From assembly GCA_965247685.1 (NCBI GenBank), contig OZ252021.1, positions 720,001-752,000 on the forward strand: a stretch of DNA of 32,000 nt, in the 5' to 3' direction. The translations under genes were made by a program, and so were the position numbers. A model generated the notes under the pieces. The model was given only the letters and a program-made list of their open reading frames with translations. It was not told where the DNA came from and searched no databases. Shown here piece after piece: positions 1 through 7,298 of this stretch. The number at the start of each line of letters is the position of its first letter. Within the stretch, counting starts at the first letter, position 1. This DNA comes from Bdellovibrionales bacterium (GTDB taxonomy: Bacteria; Bdellovibrionota; Bdellovibrionia; Bdellovibrionales; UBA1609).

Positions 1-22
1 TGGGTTACATAATAGGAAAGTA

Positions 23-96
23 TGATGGCGGCAGGATTCGAACCTGCGACCTACAGCTTAGAAGGCTGTTGCTCTATCCAGCTGAGCTACGCCACC
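23..96 (-). tRNA. tRNA-Arg (anticodon UCU), 74 nt, CCA not encoded
   Basis: The reverse complement reads GGTGGCG-TA-GCTC-AGCTGGATA-GAGC-A-ACAGC-CTTCTAA-GCTGT-AGGTC-GCAGG-TTCGAAT-CCTGC-CGCCATC-A. It has a 7-bp acceptor stem with one G-U pair, a 4-bp D stem, a 5-bp anticodon stem with loop CU-UCU-AA, and a T arm with TTCGAAT. The discriminator A is followed by TA, not CCA. Confidence 0.9.
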
Positions 97-98
97 AT

Positions 99-1403
99 TT
101 AGATATCTGTTTTGCCATAAAATTTTAAAATTACAAAGCCTATAGTACCTGCGAATAAAGATGCTAAAAATATCGAAATTTTAGAATAATTTGATAAAAT
201 CATGTCGTAATCCAAACTCAAGCTACTAATAAATAAAGCCATAGTAAAACCGATTCCAGCTAGAAATCCAACGCCTAAGATATGCAAGGGACGCACATGA
301 GAGGGCCAACGAGTCCATTTCATTCGAACTGCCATCCATGAGAATAAAAATACTCCTACAGGTTTTCCAATAAGTAAGCCTAAAAAAACCCCCATAAATA
401 CGGAGCTTGAGAAAAATTGAGTGGTATTAAATTGGTCATCGAGCCTGACACCAGAATTGAAAAAAGCAAAAACAGGCATTATAAAGAAGATGACAAAATA
501 GTGCAGTCGATCAATGAGAAACTGAGCAGGTGACTGTAGAGATCTAAGTAACCACTTTATTTTTTCTAATTGATAAGTTGTAGGCTTTTGTTCATCCATG
601 AGTTGTTTTAGTTTTTCATTTATTTTAGCTTTTTTAGAAGCTGGAGGTTTTACCGGTGTGAGTAATCCTAGGATGACACCAGCAATAGTAGCATGAATAC
701 CACTCTTTAAAATTGCAAACCATAGAACTACACCTAATATTATATACACGATGAAGCTTTGTACGCGTAGTTGCTTCACAATAAATATTAGAAACACTGT
801 TAAACCAGCAAAAGTGATCCAAAATTCAGATATCTTAGCGGAGTAAAAAAAGGCAATAACTAAAATAGCACCTAGGTCATCAATAGTGGCTAAAGCCAGT
901 AAGAAAATTTTTAATGTGAAAGGAATTTGTCTAGAAACAAAGGCCAGAATACCTAATGCAAAAGCAATATCTGTTGCCATAGGGATTCCCCAGCCTACAG
1001 CGCTTGGTGTATTCATATTAAAGAATAAGTAAATCAGAGCTGGAACAACCATACCTCCTAAGGCAGCTATCAAAGGTAAAAACACTTCCGTTCTTGAAGA
1101 AAGGGAGCCTATCGTCATCTCTTGTTTTAATTCTAACCCAATGAGAAAAAAGAAGATCACCATCAGACCATCATTAACCCAATGTTGGAGTGACATTGTG
1201 AGTATATGGCTACCTACACCAATGGATAAAGGATAGTGTATTAAAGAATAATACAATTCAGAAAGATTAGAGTTCGCAGCTATTAAGGCGAGTAGAGTTG
1301 TGAACAGTAAGACAATACCACTACTTGCTTGCAGCTTTAAAAATCGCTCAATAGGAGTTAAAATTTTTTTGACTAAAGTCGATTCGTCCATACTTTGTTC
1401 CAT
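99..1403 (-). CDS. nhaA: Na+/H+ antiporter NhaA
   Basis: 434-aa polytopic membrane protein. It carries the NhaA hallmarks WVNDGLMVIFFFLIGLELK and PMATDIAFALG (the paired-Asp region). ATG start at 1403, TAA stop at 99-101. Confidence 0.9.
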   Translation of the reverse strand: MEQSMDESTLVKKILTPIERFLKLQASSGIVLLFTTLLALIAANSNLSELYYSLIHYPLSIGVGSHILTMSLQHWVNDGLMVIFFFLIGLELKQEMTIGSLSSRTEVFLPLIAALGGMVVPALIYLFFNMNTPSAVGWGIPMATDIAFALGILAFVSRQIPFTLKIFLLALATIDDLGAILVIAFFYSAKISEFWITFAGLTVFLIFIVKQLRVQSFIVYIILGVVLWFAILKSGIHATIAGVILGLLTPVKPPASKKAKINEKLKQLMDEQKPTTYQLEKIKWLLRSLQSPAQFLIDRLHYFVIFFIMPVFAFFNSGVRLDDQFNTTQFFSSSVFMGVFLGLLIGKPVGVFLFSWMAVRMKWTRWPSHVRPLHILGVGFLAGIGFTMALFISSLSLDYDMILSNYSKISIFLASLFAGTIGFVILKFYGKTDI

Positions 1404-1482
1404 ACTAAGTAAAGATATTATTATAGAAAACGACGGGATTTGTCACCTAATATTCGAAGATACATTGATGTATTAATTTTAA

Positions 1483-1511
1483 TTGTCAAAATATGTAACT
1501 CTATTTAAAGT
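1483..1511 (+). promoter_or_regulatory. candidate sigma70-type promoter for serA (TTGTCA-17 nt-TAAAGT)
   Basis: TTGTCA at 1483-1488, a 17-nt spacer, and TAAAGT at 1506-1511. It lies about 27 nt upstream of the serA ATG, which has an AGAGGA ribosome-binding site. Hexamer match only. Confidence 0.3.
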
Positions 1512-1537
1512 AGTTATTATCTGTATAGAGGATCATA

Positions 1538-2743
1538 ATGAGTAAAAAAATTCTTTTAATTGAAGGTATTAACAAAGAGGCTGAAGTTTTTTTTAAAACG
1601 CAAGGCTTTTTTGTTGAGAAGCTAGAATCCGCAGCGATCGAAAAAGAAATTATTCAAAAAGGTGACATTTCTGCTTTAGGTATTCGATCTCGAACTCAGT
1701 TAATGGATAGCTTTTTTAAACAAACTCATTCCTTATTAACGGTGGGGGCTTTTTGTATTGGAGTGAACCAAATAGATTTGAAGTCTGCTGCTTCTCACGG
1801 AGTGGCAGTTTTTAATTCTCCTTATAGCAATACTCGTTCTGTGGCAGAGCTCACCATTGCTAATATTGTGAATCTGAGTCGAAAAATTACCTATCTAAGT
1901 CATCTTGCACATTCAGGACAGTGGAAAAAAACTTCTCAGCAGTCTTATGAGATTAGAGGTAAAACTTTGGGTATTGTAGGGTATGGTCACATAGGAAGTC
2001 AGGTGGGTATTCTTGCCGAAGCTTTGAATATGAAAGTGTATTATTATGACATTCAAAAGAAGTTGTCTTATGGTAATGCTCAATCTATGTCCTCTTTAGA
2101 GGAGATACTTCCTCTTTGTGATTTTGTTACACTTCATGTTCCTCAGACGCCTCAAACTTCTAATCTGATAACAGCAAAAGAACTTCGTTTAATGAAAGAG
2201 GGGAGTTACTTTATTAATACGAGTCGAGGTCATACAGTCAATCTGACGGATCTCATGCAAGCCCTTAAAGATAAACACTTATGGGGGGCTGCTGTAGATG
2301 TTTTTCCAGAAGAGCCTGCAAGTAATCAGGAACAGTTCACAAATGAATTACAAAAAATGGATAATGTGATTCTCACTCCACATATTGGCGGTAGCACCGA
2401 AGAAGCCCAAGTGGAGATAGCAAAGGATGTTTCAAAACGCTTGAGTGATTACCTTATCTTTGGAGATTCAACGGGTTCGGTGAATTTTCCGCAACTTTCA
2501 CCTCCTCCTTTACCTACAGAAAAGATTTTAAGAATATCTAATGTCCATAGGAACGTCCCGGGAGTGTTATCTAAAATTAACAGTTTAATTTCTTTGAATG
2601 TTAAAGCTCAGTATTTAGCTACAACTAGTGTTATTGGCTATTTGATTATGGATATAGAACTGGAAAATCCAGATAAGAGGGCAGAAATTACCAAGGACAT
2701 TCAGAAATTAGAAACTTCTATTCAAACTCGATTGCTTTCTTAA
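1538..2743 (+). CDS. serA: D-3-phosphoglycerate dehydrogenase (2-hydroxyacid dehydrogenase with C-terminal ACT-like domain)
   Basis: 401 aa, similar in length to E. coli SerA. It has the NAD-binding GIVGYGHIGSQVG, the catalytic-region motifs INTSRGHTVN and LTPHIGGSTEEAQ, and a C-terminal ~70-aa regulatory tail. Confidence 0.9.
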   Translation: MSKKILLIEGINKEAEVFFKTQGFFVEKLESAAIEKEIIQKGDISALGIRSRTQLMDSFFKQTHSLLTVGAFCIGVNQIDLKSAASHGVAVFNSPYSNTRSVAELTIANIVNLSRKITYLSHLAHSGQWKKTSQQSYEIRGKTLGIVGYGHIGSQVGILAEALNMKVYYYDIQKKLSYGNAQSMSSLEEILPLCDFVTLHVPQTPQTSNLITAKELRLMKEGSYFINTSRGHTVNLTDLMQALKDKHLWGAAVDVFPEEPASNQEQFTNELQKMDNVILTPHIGGSTEEAQVEIAKDVSKRLSDYLIFGDSTGSVNFPQLSPPPLPTEKILRISNVHRNVPGVLSKINSLISLNVKAQYLATTSVIGYLIMDIELENPDKRAEITKDIQKLETSIQTRLLS

Positions 2744-3777
2744 GAACAAATACTTTGAATCAAACGATGAGACACCACATAAGGATCAGCATTTGCTCCA
2801 GGTCTTCGATCTTCTAAGTACCCATAGCCTTTTTTAACAACATGAGCAGGGATGCGAATGGAAGCACCTCTGTCCGAATTTCCTGATTTAAACTCGTTGA
2901 TACTGCATGTTTCATGAAGACCAGTGAGCCGTTCTTCTAATTTATCACCATAAACAGCGATATGCTCCTTATGGGTTCTACTCAGTTTTTTAATCGCTTC
3001 ACTGATAGCCTGCATACTATTTTTGTTTTGCCTCATAGCTACTGTAGAAAAATTGGTGTGCATACCTGCTCCATTCCAATCTCCCTTTATAGGTTTATTG
3101 TCAAAGGAGACTTGGATATTAAATTCTTCGGCAATTCTATAGAGCAACCAGCGAGTGATCCATAATTGATCCGATATCACTAAAGGATCGGCTAACTCGC
3201 CCTCAAAACCTCTATGACCAATTTGAAATTCCCACTGTCCAAGCATAACTTCCGCATTCACTCCACAAAGGTAAATACCAGCTTTTTGGCAGGCTTTAAG
3301 ATGTAATTCTACAAACTCTCGACCTGCAACATTACTAGAGCCTACACCGCAATAGAAAGGGCCTTGTGGTTCAGGAAAATCATCCTGAGGCCATCCTAGA
3401 GGTCTGCCATTTTCAAATAATGTATACTCTTGTTCAAAGCCAATCCATACAGCTTGTGAAGCCTGTGTTTCTAAAATATTTCTCAACCGACTTCGTTGAT
3501 TACTTTCATGAGGAGTAACCCCATCTGTCAAAAATACTTCACACATCACTAGGTAATTACTTTCCCCTCGAATGGGATCGGGAAAAAACTGCACAGTTTT
3601 TAAATATAAATCGGAATTAGAGCCTTTGGCTTGAGAGGTGGAAGATCCGTCAAAAGACCAATCAGGAAAAGAGCTTAAAGAGACGGTAGATTTAGGTGAA
3701 GGAAGAACAAGCATTTTAGATCGCAGAGCTTGAGTGGGTGAAGCTCCATCTAGCCAAACATATTCTGCACAAATCAA
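2740..3777 (-). CDS. glnII: glutamine synthetase type II (eukaryote-type GSII)
   Basis: 345 aa with GSII signature blocks: AEYVWLDG, WSFDGSSTSQA, GFEQEYTLF, GVNAEVMLGQWEFQIG, KPIKGDWNGAGMHTNFS, RLTGLHETCSINEFKSGNSDRGASIRIP and YLEDRRPGANADPY. TTG start at 3777, preceded by GGAGG with 9-nt spacing. Confidence 0.9.
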   Translation of the reverse strand: MICAEYVWLDGASPTQALRSKMLVLPSPKSTVSLSSFPDWSFDGSSTSQAKGSNSDLYLKTVQFFPDPIRGESNYLVMCEVFLTDGVTPHESNQRSRLRNILETQASQAVWIGFEQEYTLFENGRPLGWPQDDFPEPQGPFYCGVGSSNVAGREFVELHLKACQKAGIYLCGVNAEVMLGQWEFQIGHRGFEGELADPLVISDQLWITRWLLYRIAEEFNIQVSFDNKPIKGDWNGAGMHTNFSTVAMRQNKNSMQAISEAIKKLSRTHKEHIAVYGDKLEERLTGLHETCSINEFKSGNSDRGASIRIPAHVVKKGYGYLEDRRPGANADPYVVSHRLIQSICS

Positions 3778-3865
3778 AAAACAAACCTCCGAAAAAGATC
3801 TTTCAAGACTCTCTTTAAATATATTAATGAAATAGAATCAACTCTTTATTGAAGTCTTATGTAAG

Positions 3866-3885
3866 ATGACAAGAAGTGTTATTTA
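3866..3885. promoter_or_regulatory. copy 1 of a 20-bp direct repeat with palindromic core TGACA-N5-TGTTA, upstream of glnII
   Basis: atgacaagaagtgttattta matches copy 2 at 17 of 20 positions. The core TGACA-AGAAG-TGTTA is at 3867-3881, centred about 97 nt upstream of the glnII TTG. Confidence 0.4.
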
Positions 3886-3927
3886 TAGAGTTTTATATTA
3901 TCAAATGAGTTTAAAATTCTTCTGCAA

Positions 3928-3947
3928 ATGACAACTAGTGTTATTAA
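3928..3947. promoter_or_regulatory. copy 2 of the 20-bp direct repeat with palindromic core TGACA-N5-TGTTA, upstream of glnII
   Basis: atgacaactagtgttattaa has its core TGACA-ACTAG-TGTTA at 3929-3943. It sits 62 bp from copy 1, about six helical turns. Confidence 0.4.
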
Positions 3948-3964
3948 TTTCTAAAAATCTTTGC

Positions 3965-4567
3965 TCAATGGAGCGTTGATTTTTTTATGGAAATAACTTT
4001 TAAATCTTCGTTCAATTGGATTTCATACCCGCCTCTTCTTGCATTTTCTAAAAATTTTTGAATAAAGAGTTCCCTTGAATCCTCATCGTGTTCTTGTTCT
4101 AAAGGTTCTTTTATTTTTCTTTCAATCAATCGGTATCGTGCTACTTGGTTTTCAATATCATGTTCATCTTCATCGTCGGCCTCCATAAGTTTTAAAATTT
4201 CATCAAATTGACGTTCTTGTTCGAGGCTCACTTTATCTCGACTAGGAAATTTATTAGAAGAAGGAGTATTTACAAAGTTATTTGAATTTTGATTTTTAAT
4301 ATCTCGGATTTTGACTTTTTGCTGACCCAATGAACCTCTTTCATCAGATTTTTGAATTTCTTTTTCTATTTCTTCCTGGAGGGGTTGAGAGTTTTGTTTG
4401 AAGTCTGTTGTGGGAGAGGTGGTTTTTTCTTGATATAGATAGAGGTAAACTCCCATTGCGATCAGTAATAAAAATAATAAAATTCTAAACGGACTATTAT
4501 TTTTTCGTTTTTTATATCGAATAAATATGGTCTTTTTATTACTCTTTTTTCTTCTTCTGAAAATCAT
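3965..4567 (-). CDS. hypothetical membrane-anchored protein (basic N-terminus, one TM helix, acidic coiled-coil-like C-terminal region)
   Basis: 200 aa. It starts MIFRRRKKSNKK, followed by the TM helix FRILLFLLLIAMGVYLYLY and then a Glu/Asp/Lys-rich region. Its ATG overlaps the stop of the upstream phoD-like gene (ATGA at 4564-4567). I recognise no family motif. Confidence 0.55.
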   Translation of the reverse strand: MIFRRRKKSNKKTIFIRYKKRKNNSPFRILLFLLLIAMGVYLYLYQEKTTSPTTDFKQNSQPLQEEIEKEIQKSDERGSLGQQKVKIRDIKNQNSNNFVNTPSSNKFPSRDKVSLEQERQFDEILKLMEADDEDEHDIENQVARYRLIERKIKEPLEQEHDEDSRELFIQKFLENARRGGYEIQLNEDLKVISIKKSTLH

Positions 4568-5829
4568 TTTTGCGCCTCATATATCTTTTCGGATAACAGA
4601 AGTGTTTTATTCAGTCCGTAAAGTTGAATTTCAGTTTTAAAATTTTGGCCTTCCATTTGATGGTGAATGATAGCAAAATTTAATTTATTAGGTATATGAT
4701 GAATATGCCTGTCACTTTTTATAAAGTTTTTATCTTTAGGATAAATATTCCCATGAATCGGGGATGTGGTGATCTCATAAATAGTGGAGTCAGGTGTTGA
4801 AAACTTTAATAACTCACCTAGATGACGATCTCCACTGATAAAAAGTGTTTTCTTTTTTGGTTTTATTATTTTTTTTATTATCATATTAAAATTATTTGGA
4901 AAATCTTTTTCAAAAGATTCAAATCGATGATGTTTTCCAAAAATTTGTCCTCCACTGACGATCCAATTGAGATCTTTTTTGAAGAAATTTTGAAGAAACC
5001 ATTCTTCTTGGGAGCGACCCCATAAAGAACCCTTCGAATTTTTACTTCGGTAGCTTCTGCCGTCCATGAAAAAAAAATTTTGATTTTTAGTTTGAATGCG
5101 AAAAGAAATTCCTGGTCCATTTCTTAAGTGCTGAGAGTTTTTAGGTAGAGGAAAAAAATCTCGAAATAATTTTGTGACGGAGGATTTATACTGAAAACCT
5201 CCATGCCCGTTGTTCATTCCGTAGTCATGATCATCCCAAATAGCAAGTATGGGTAACAGAGAAGATATTTGATAAAGAGGTAAAGTTGTAAAGGTTTCGA
5301 TATATCTTTCTTCGAGGCGGCGAGGAGTGACTTTTGGAATATATTTATCTGCGTAGACGTTATCTCCAATCAGAAAAAGCAGATCAGGTTTAAAAGATAA
5401 TAAATTATTCCACATATTTTCTATTTCTCTTTGATTCCAGCGATCATCCATACAAGAGGCGACAGCTATTGTAAAAGAAGATTTATTCCAATCCAGAGTA
5501 TGAAATCTTTTTGTGTAAGATTTATTCGAATGGACATCCTCTATAATAAGCTCATGGTTTTTATTAGAATCTAAATTTTTTATTAAAAGGTGGTGAATCA
5601 TCCATTTGTTTAAAGTTCTTTGGAAAGAAGGTAAAACTCGCTGATTTCCAATGAAATAAGTCATTTCTTTGTGTTCAGGAATAAGAACACTTAAAAGGGT
5701 TTCATTAGAGGAAGTATAATTTTGCCATACAAAAGGTGCATTATCTTTTTGGAGACTGTAAAAAAAACATCCGAGCAAAAGAAGACTTAAAATGGCAAGT
5801 ACAGTATATAATGTTTTTTTTTCTGCCAT
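4564..5829 (-). CDS. PhoD-like alkaline phosphatase / metallophosphoesterase, predicted lipoprotein
   Basis: 421 aa with metallophosphoesterase/PhoD-type motifs LFLIGDNVYAD, WDDHDYGMNNG and ISGDRHLGE. The N-terminus MAEKKTLYTVLAILSLLLLGC ends in a lipobox-like LLLGC and has no twin-arginine motif. AGGAAA ribosome-binding site before the ATG at 5829. Confidence 0.8.
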   Translation of the reverse strand: MAEKKTLYTVLAILSLLLLGCFFYSLQKDNAPFVWQNYTSSNETLLSVLIPEHKEMTYFIGNQRVLPSFQRTLNKWMIHHLLIKNLDSNKNHELIIEDVHSNKSYTKRFHTLDWNKSSFTIAVASCMDDRWNQREIENMWNNLLSFKPDLLFLIGDNVYADKYIPKVTPRRLEERYIETFTTLPLYQISSLLPILAIWDDHDYGMNNGHGGFQYKSSVTKLFRDFFPLPKNSQHLRNGPGISFRIQTKNQNFFFMDGRSYRSKNSKGSLWGRSQEEWFLQNFFKKDLNWIVSGGQIFGKHHRFESFEKDFPNNFNMIIKKIIKPKKKTLFISGDRHLGELLKFSTPDSTIYEITTSPIHGNIYPKDKNFIKSDRHIHHIPNKLNFAIIHHQMEGQNFKTEIQLYGLNKTLLLSEKIYEAQK

Positions 5830-5862
5830 TATATTTTCCTAAAAAACGATTGAAAAAAAAGT

Positions 5863-6150
5863 GAAGCAGGATTGTAAGCCGGATTCTGTTCAGTTTTAAA
5901 AACCTAGGTGATTATTTATCTTTGCAATCAACCCGAAAGTATAGCATAGGCGATGCACTTTCCTATTTGATCTTGCTCCACATAGAGTTTAGCTGATTTC
6001 ACTCCAGCCGTGATTTAACTCACGCTGGACATTCTTTCTGTTCCACTAGTCCTCATCTCAAAAGATGGAGGAGAGTTATCCTCTCCTTATGCTGCCTTAT
6101 GGAGTCCGGACTTTCCTCTTTTTTTAAAAAGCAATCACCCATCCTGCTTC
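5863..6150 (-). ncRNA. rnpB: RNase P RNA (bacterial type A-like, compact, about 288 nt)
   Basis: On the minus strand the 5' GAAGCAGGAU pairs with the 3' AUCCUGCUUC (P1). GGGUGAUU pairs with AAUCACC(U) (P2). The P4 strands are GAGGAAAGUCCGG and ACAGAAUCCGGCUUA. Also present are CUCCAUAAGGCAG, GGAGCAAGAUCAAAUAGG, GUGAAA and UAAACUC. A U-run (ACUUUUUUUU) follows the 3' P1 strand. Confidence 0.92.
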
Positions 6151-6157
6151 AGTAAAT

Positions 6158-6186
6158 GATATAGCACAATGTATTAAGATAAACAA
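6158..6186 (-). promoter_or_regulatory. candidate rnpB promoter (TTGTTT-17 nt-TGcTATATC, +1 seven nt downstream at the first G of P1)
   Basis: The minus strand reads TTGTTT (6186-6181), a 17-nt spacer ending in TGc (extended -10), TATATC (6163-6158), then 7 nt before GAAGCAGG at 6150. The -35 hexamer abuts the rnhA stop codon. Confidence 0.5.
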
Positions 6187-6187
6187 A

Positions 6188-6637
6188 CTATATTTCAGTA
6201 TCGAGTGCTAAGTTAGCCAGCTCATCCGCTCGTTGATTATCTTCTCTCATAACATGCAGGCATTGAAAGTGAGGGATTTTTTGAATGAGTTGAATACATT
6301 CTTGAAATATAGGTTTTAAATTTTTAGATTTAATTTTGTAATGACCTGTAAGTTGTTCAACCACAAGTTGACTATCCGTTTTTAAAATTAATTTTTGAAT
6401 TTTATTTTGTACTGCAAGTTCTAAAGCTCGACGGACTCCTAAATACTCTGCAACATTATTGGTTGTGGAATCCAAGAGGCATGCTTCTTCAAATATTGTT
6501 TGTTGTTTTGGATTGAGAGCTGTGAGTCCGAAAGCCGCAGGACCTGGATTTCCTCGACTGGCCCCATCTGTAAATATAGTGACCTCTTTAGTCCATTTTG
6601 GTTGTGAAGGATTGGAAATGATAATTGTAGTTTGCAT
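6188..6637 (-). CDS. rnhA: ribonuclease HI (type 1 RNase H)
   Basis: 149 aa with the RNase H fold motifs IFTDGASRGNPGPAAFG, NNVAEYLGVRRALELA, KTDSQLVVEQL and REDNQRADELAN (the DEDD catalytic residues). Confidence 0.85.
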   Translation of the reverse strand: MQTTIIISNPSQPKWTKEVTIFTDGASRGNPGPAAFGLTALNPKQQTIFEEACLLDSTTNNVAEYLGVRRALELAVQNKIQKLILKTDSQLVVEQLTGHYKIKSKNLKPIFQECIQLIQKIPHFQCLHVMREDNQRADELANLALDTEI

Positions 6638-6662
6638 AAGGAATTAAAAGAATAAATAAATT

Positions 6663-7199
6663 TTATTGAGAAGGAGGCTTCGCACCACTTGAACTTTTTT
6701 GTTTATTGGATTTTTTATTACTCTTCTTATTTTCATGATCTTCAGGAGAGATTACCAGAAGCTCATTGTTAAAATTGATTTCCGTGTGATCCACCTCAAA
6801 AGCACCAATTTCCCATTTCTCTAAATTGCCATCTAGCGGTTCGTCATCTTGCCTATTAATGAGAGCAGAACCCGTGACTTTCATGTCTACAGTGCTATTG
6901 TCGTTAGGGTCGTTAAAAGAATAGCTAAAAACAGCTCGGATTTGAGAGGACTCCCCTGTGGTTTCAGTCCATATAGAGTCAAACTTAATATTACGAGCTA
7001 GAGGGTTTCTTTCTAAGATTTTTTTTTGCACAATTTTTTGAAATTCATCTTGAATGGCAATGTGAGTGCCTTCGGGAAATTTGTCTTTGCCTTGAAAGAA
7101 AGACCATGTAATAATGAGAGACAAGGTGAGTATCGTCAAAGCGATTAATTGTAAGAGATTATTTTTCAAAAAAGAGACGGTATTAAGTAAAGCTGACAC
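6663..7199 (-). CDS. hypothetical membrane-anchored protein with Lys/Ser-rich C-terminal tail
   Basis: 178 aa with a GTG start. It has the N-terminal TM helix LLQLIALTILTLSLIITWSFF, a ~110-aa soluble region, and the tail KKSNKKSNKQKSSSGAKPPSQ. I recognise no family motif. Confidence 0.5.
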   Translation of the reverse strand: MSALLNTVSFLKNNLLQLIALTILTLSLIITWSFFQGKDKFPEGTHIAIQDEFQKIVQKKILERNPLARNIKFDSIWTETTGESSQIRAVFSYSFNDPNDNSTVDMKVTGSALINRQDDEPLDGNLEKWEIGAFEVDHTEINFNNELLVISPEDHENKKSNKKSNKQKSSSGAKPPSQ

Positions 7200-7249
7200 A
7201 GGACTATTATGTCTTAAAAAGAAAGTTTAAACAACAAATCAAATGTTTT

Positions 7250-7258
7250 TGTTATAAT
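7250..7258 (+). promoter_or_regulatory. candidate extended -10 element (TGtTATAAT) for the leucine-catabolism operon
   Basis: TGTTATAAT at 7250-7258, about 40 nt upstream of the GTG at 7299. The -35 is weak (TTTAAA/TTAAAC). Hexamer match only. Confidence 0.3.
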
Positions 7259-7298
7259 TTTCTTGATTTTTTTTTAGCTTTGATTTTAAAGGGGATTT

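Noticed and set aside
23-96. The tRNA-Arg gene as an integration site of a genomic island.
   Set aside because: The side of the tRNA visible in the window is core (nhaA, serA). No integrase or duplicated tRNA 3' half was seen, and only 22 nt of the other flank are available.
634-822. Short ORFs in the track that lie inside or antisense to larger well-supported genes: 634-822, 2962-3165, 4822-5025, 4881-5120, 6459-6647, 7935-8285, 7969-8226, 9358-9561, 10228-10434, 13884-14093, 17601-17834, 18539-18772, 18833-19042, 20798-21007, 25119-25331, 27208-27438, 27470-27829 and 31279-31500.
   Set aside because: Each is fully embedded in, or largely overlaps, a long ORF with clear family motifs. Their translations are low-complexity Phe/Lys/Ile-rich strings, as expected for off-frame reading of AT-rich DNA, and none has a ribosome-binding site or a recognisable motif.
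2740-3777. GSII as eukaryotic contamination or a very recent horizontal transfer.
   Set aside because: Its base composition matches its neighbours. It has a bacterial GGAGG ribosome-binding site and a TTG start, and it physically overlaps the bacterial serA gene.
5830-6187. The structured non-coding region next to an RNase H-fold gene as a possible retron-like or novel ncRNA element.
   Set aside because: The RNA has the universal RNase P P4 and J-region motifs and a closing P1 helix, so it is rnpB. The adjacent protein is a plain 149-aa RNase HI with no reverse-transcriptase domain.
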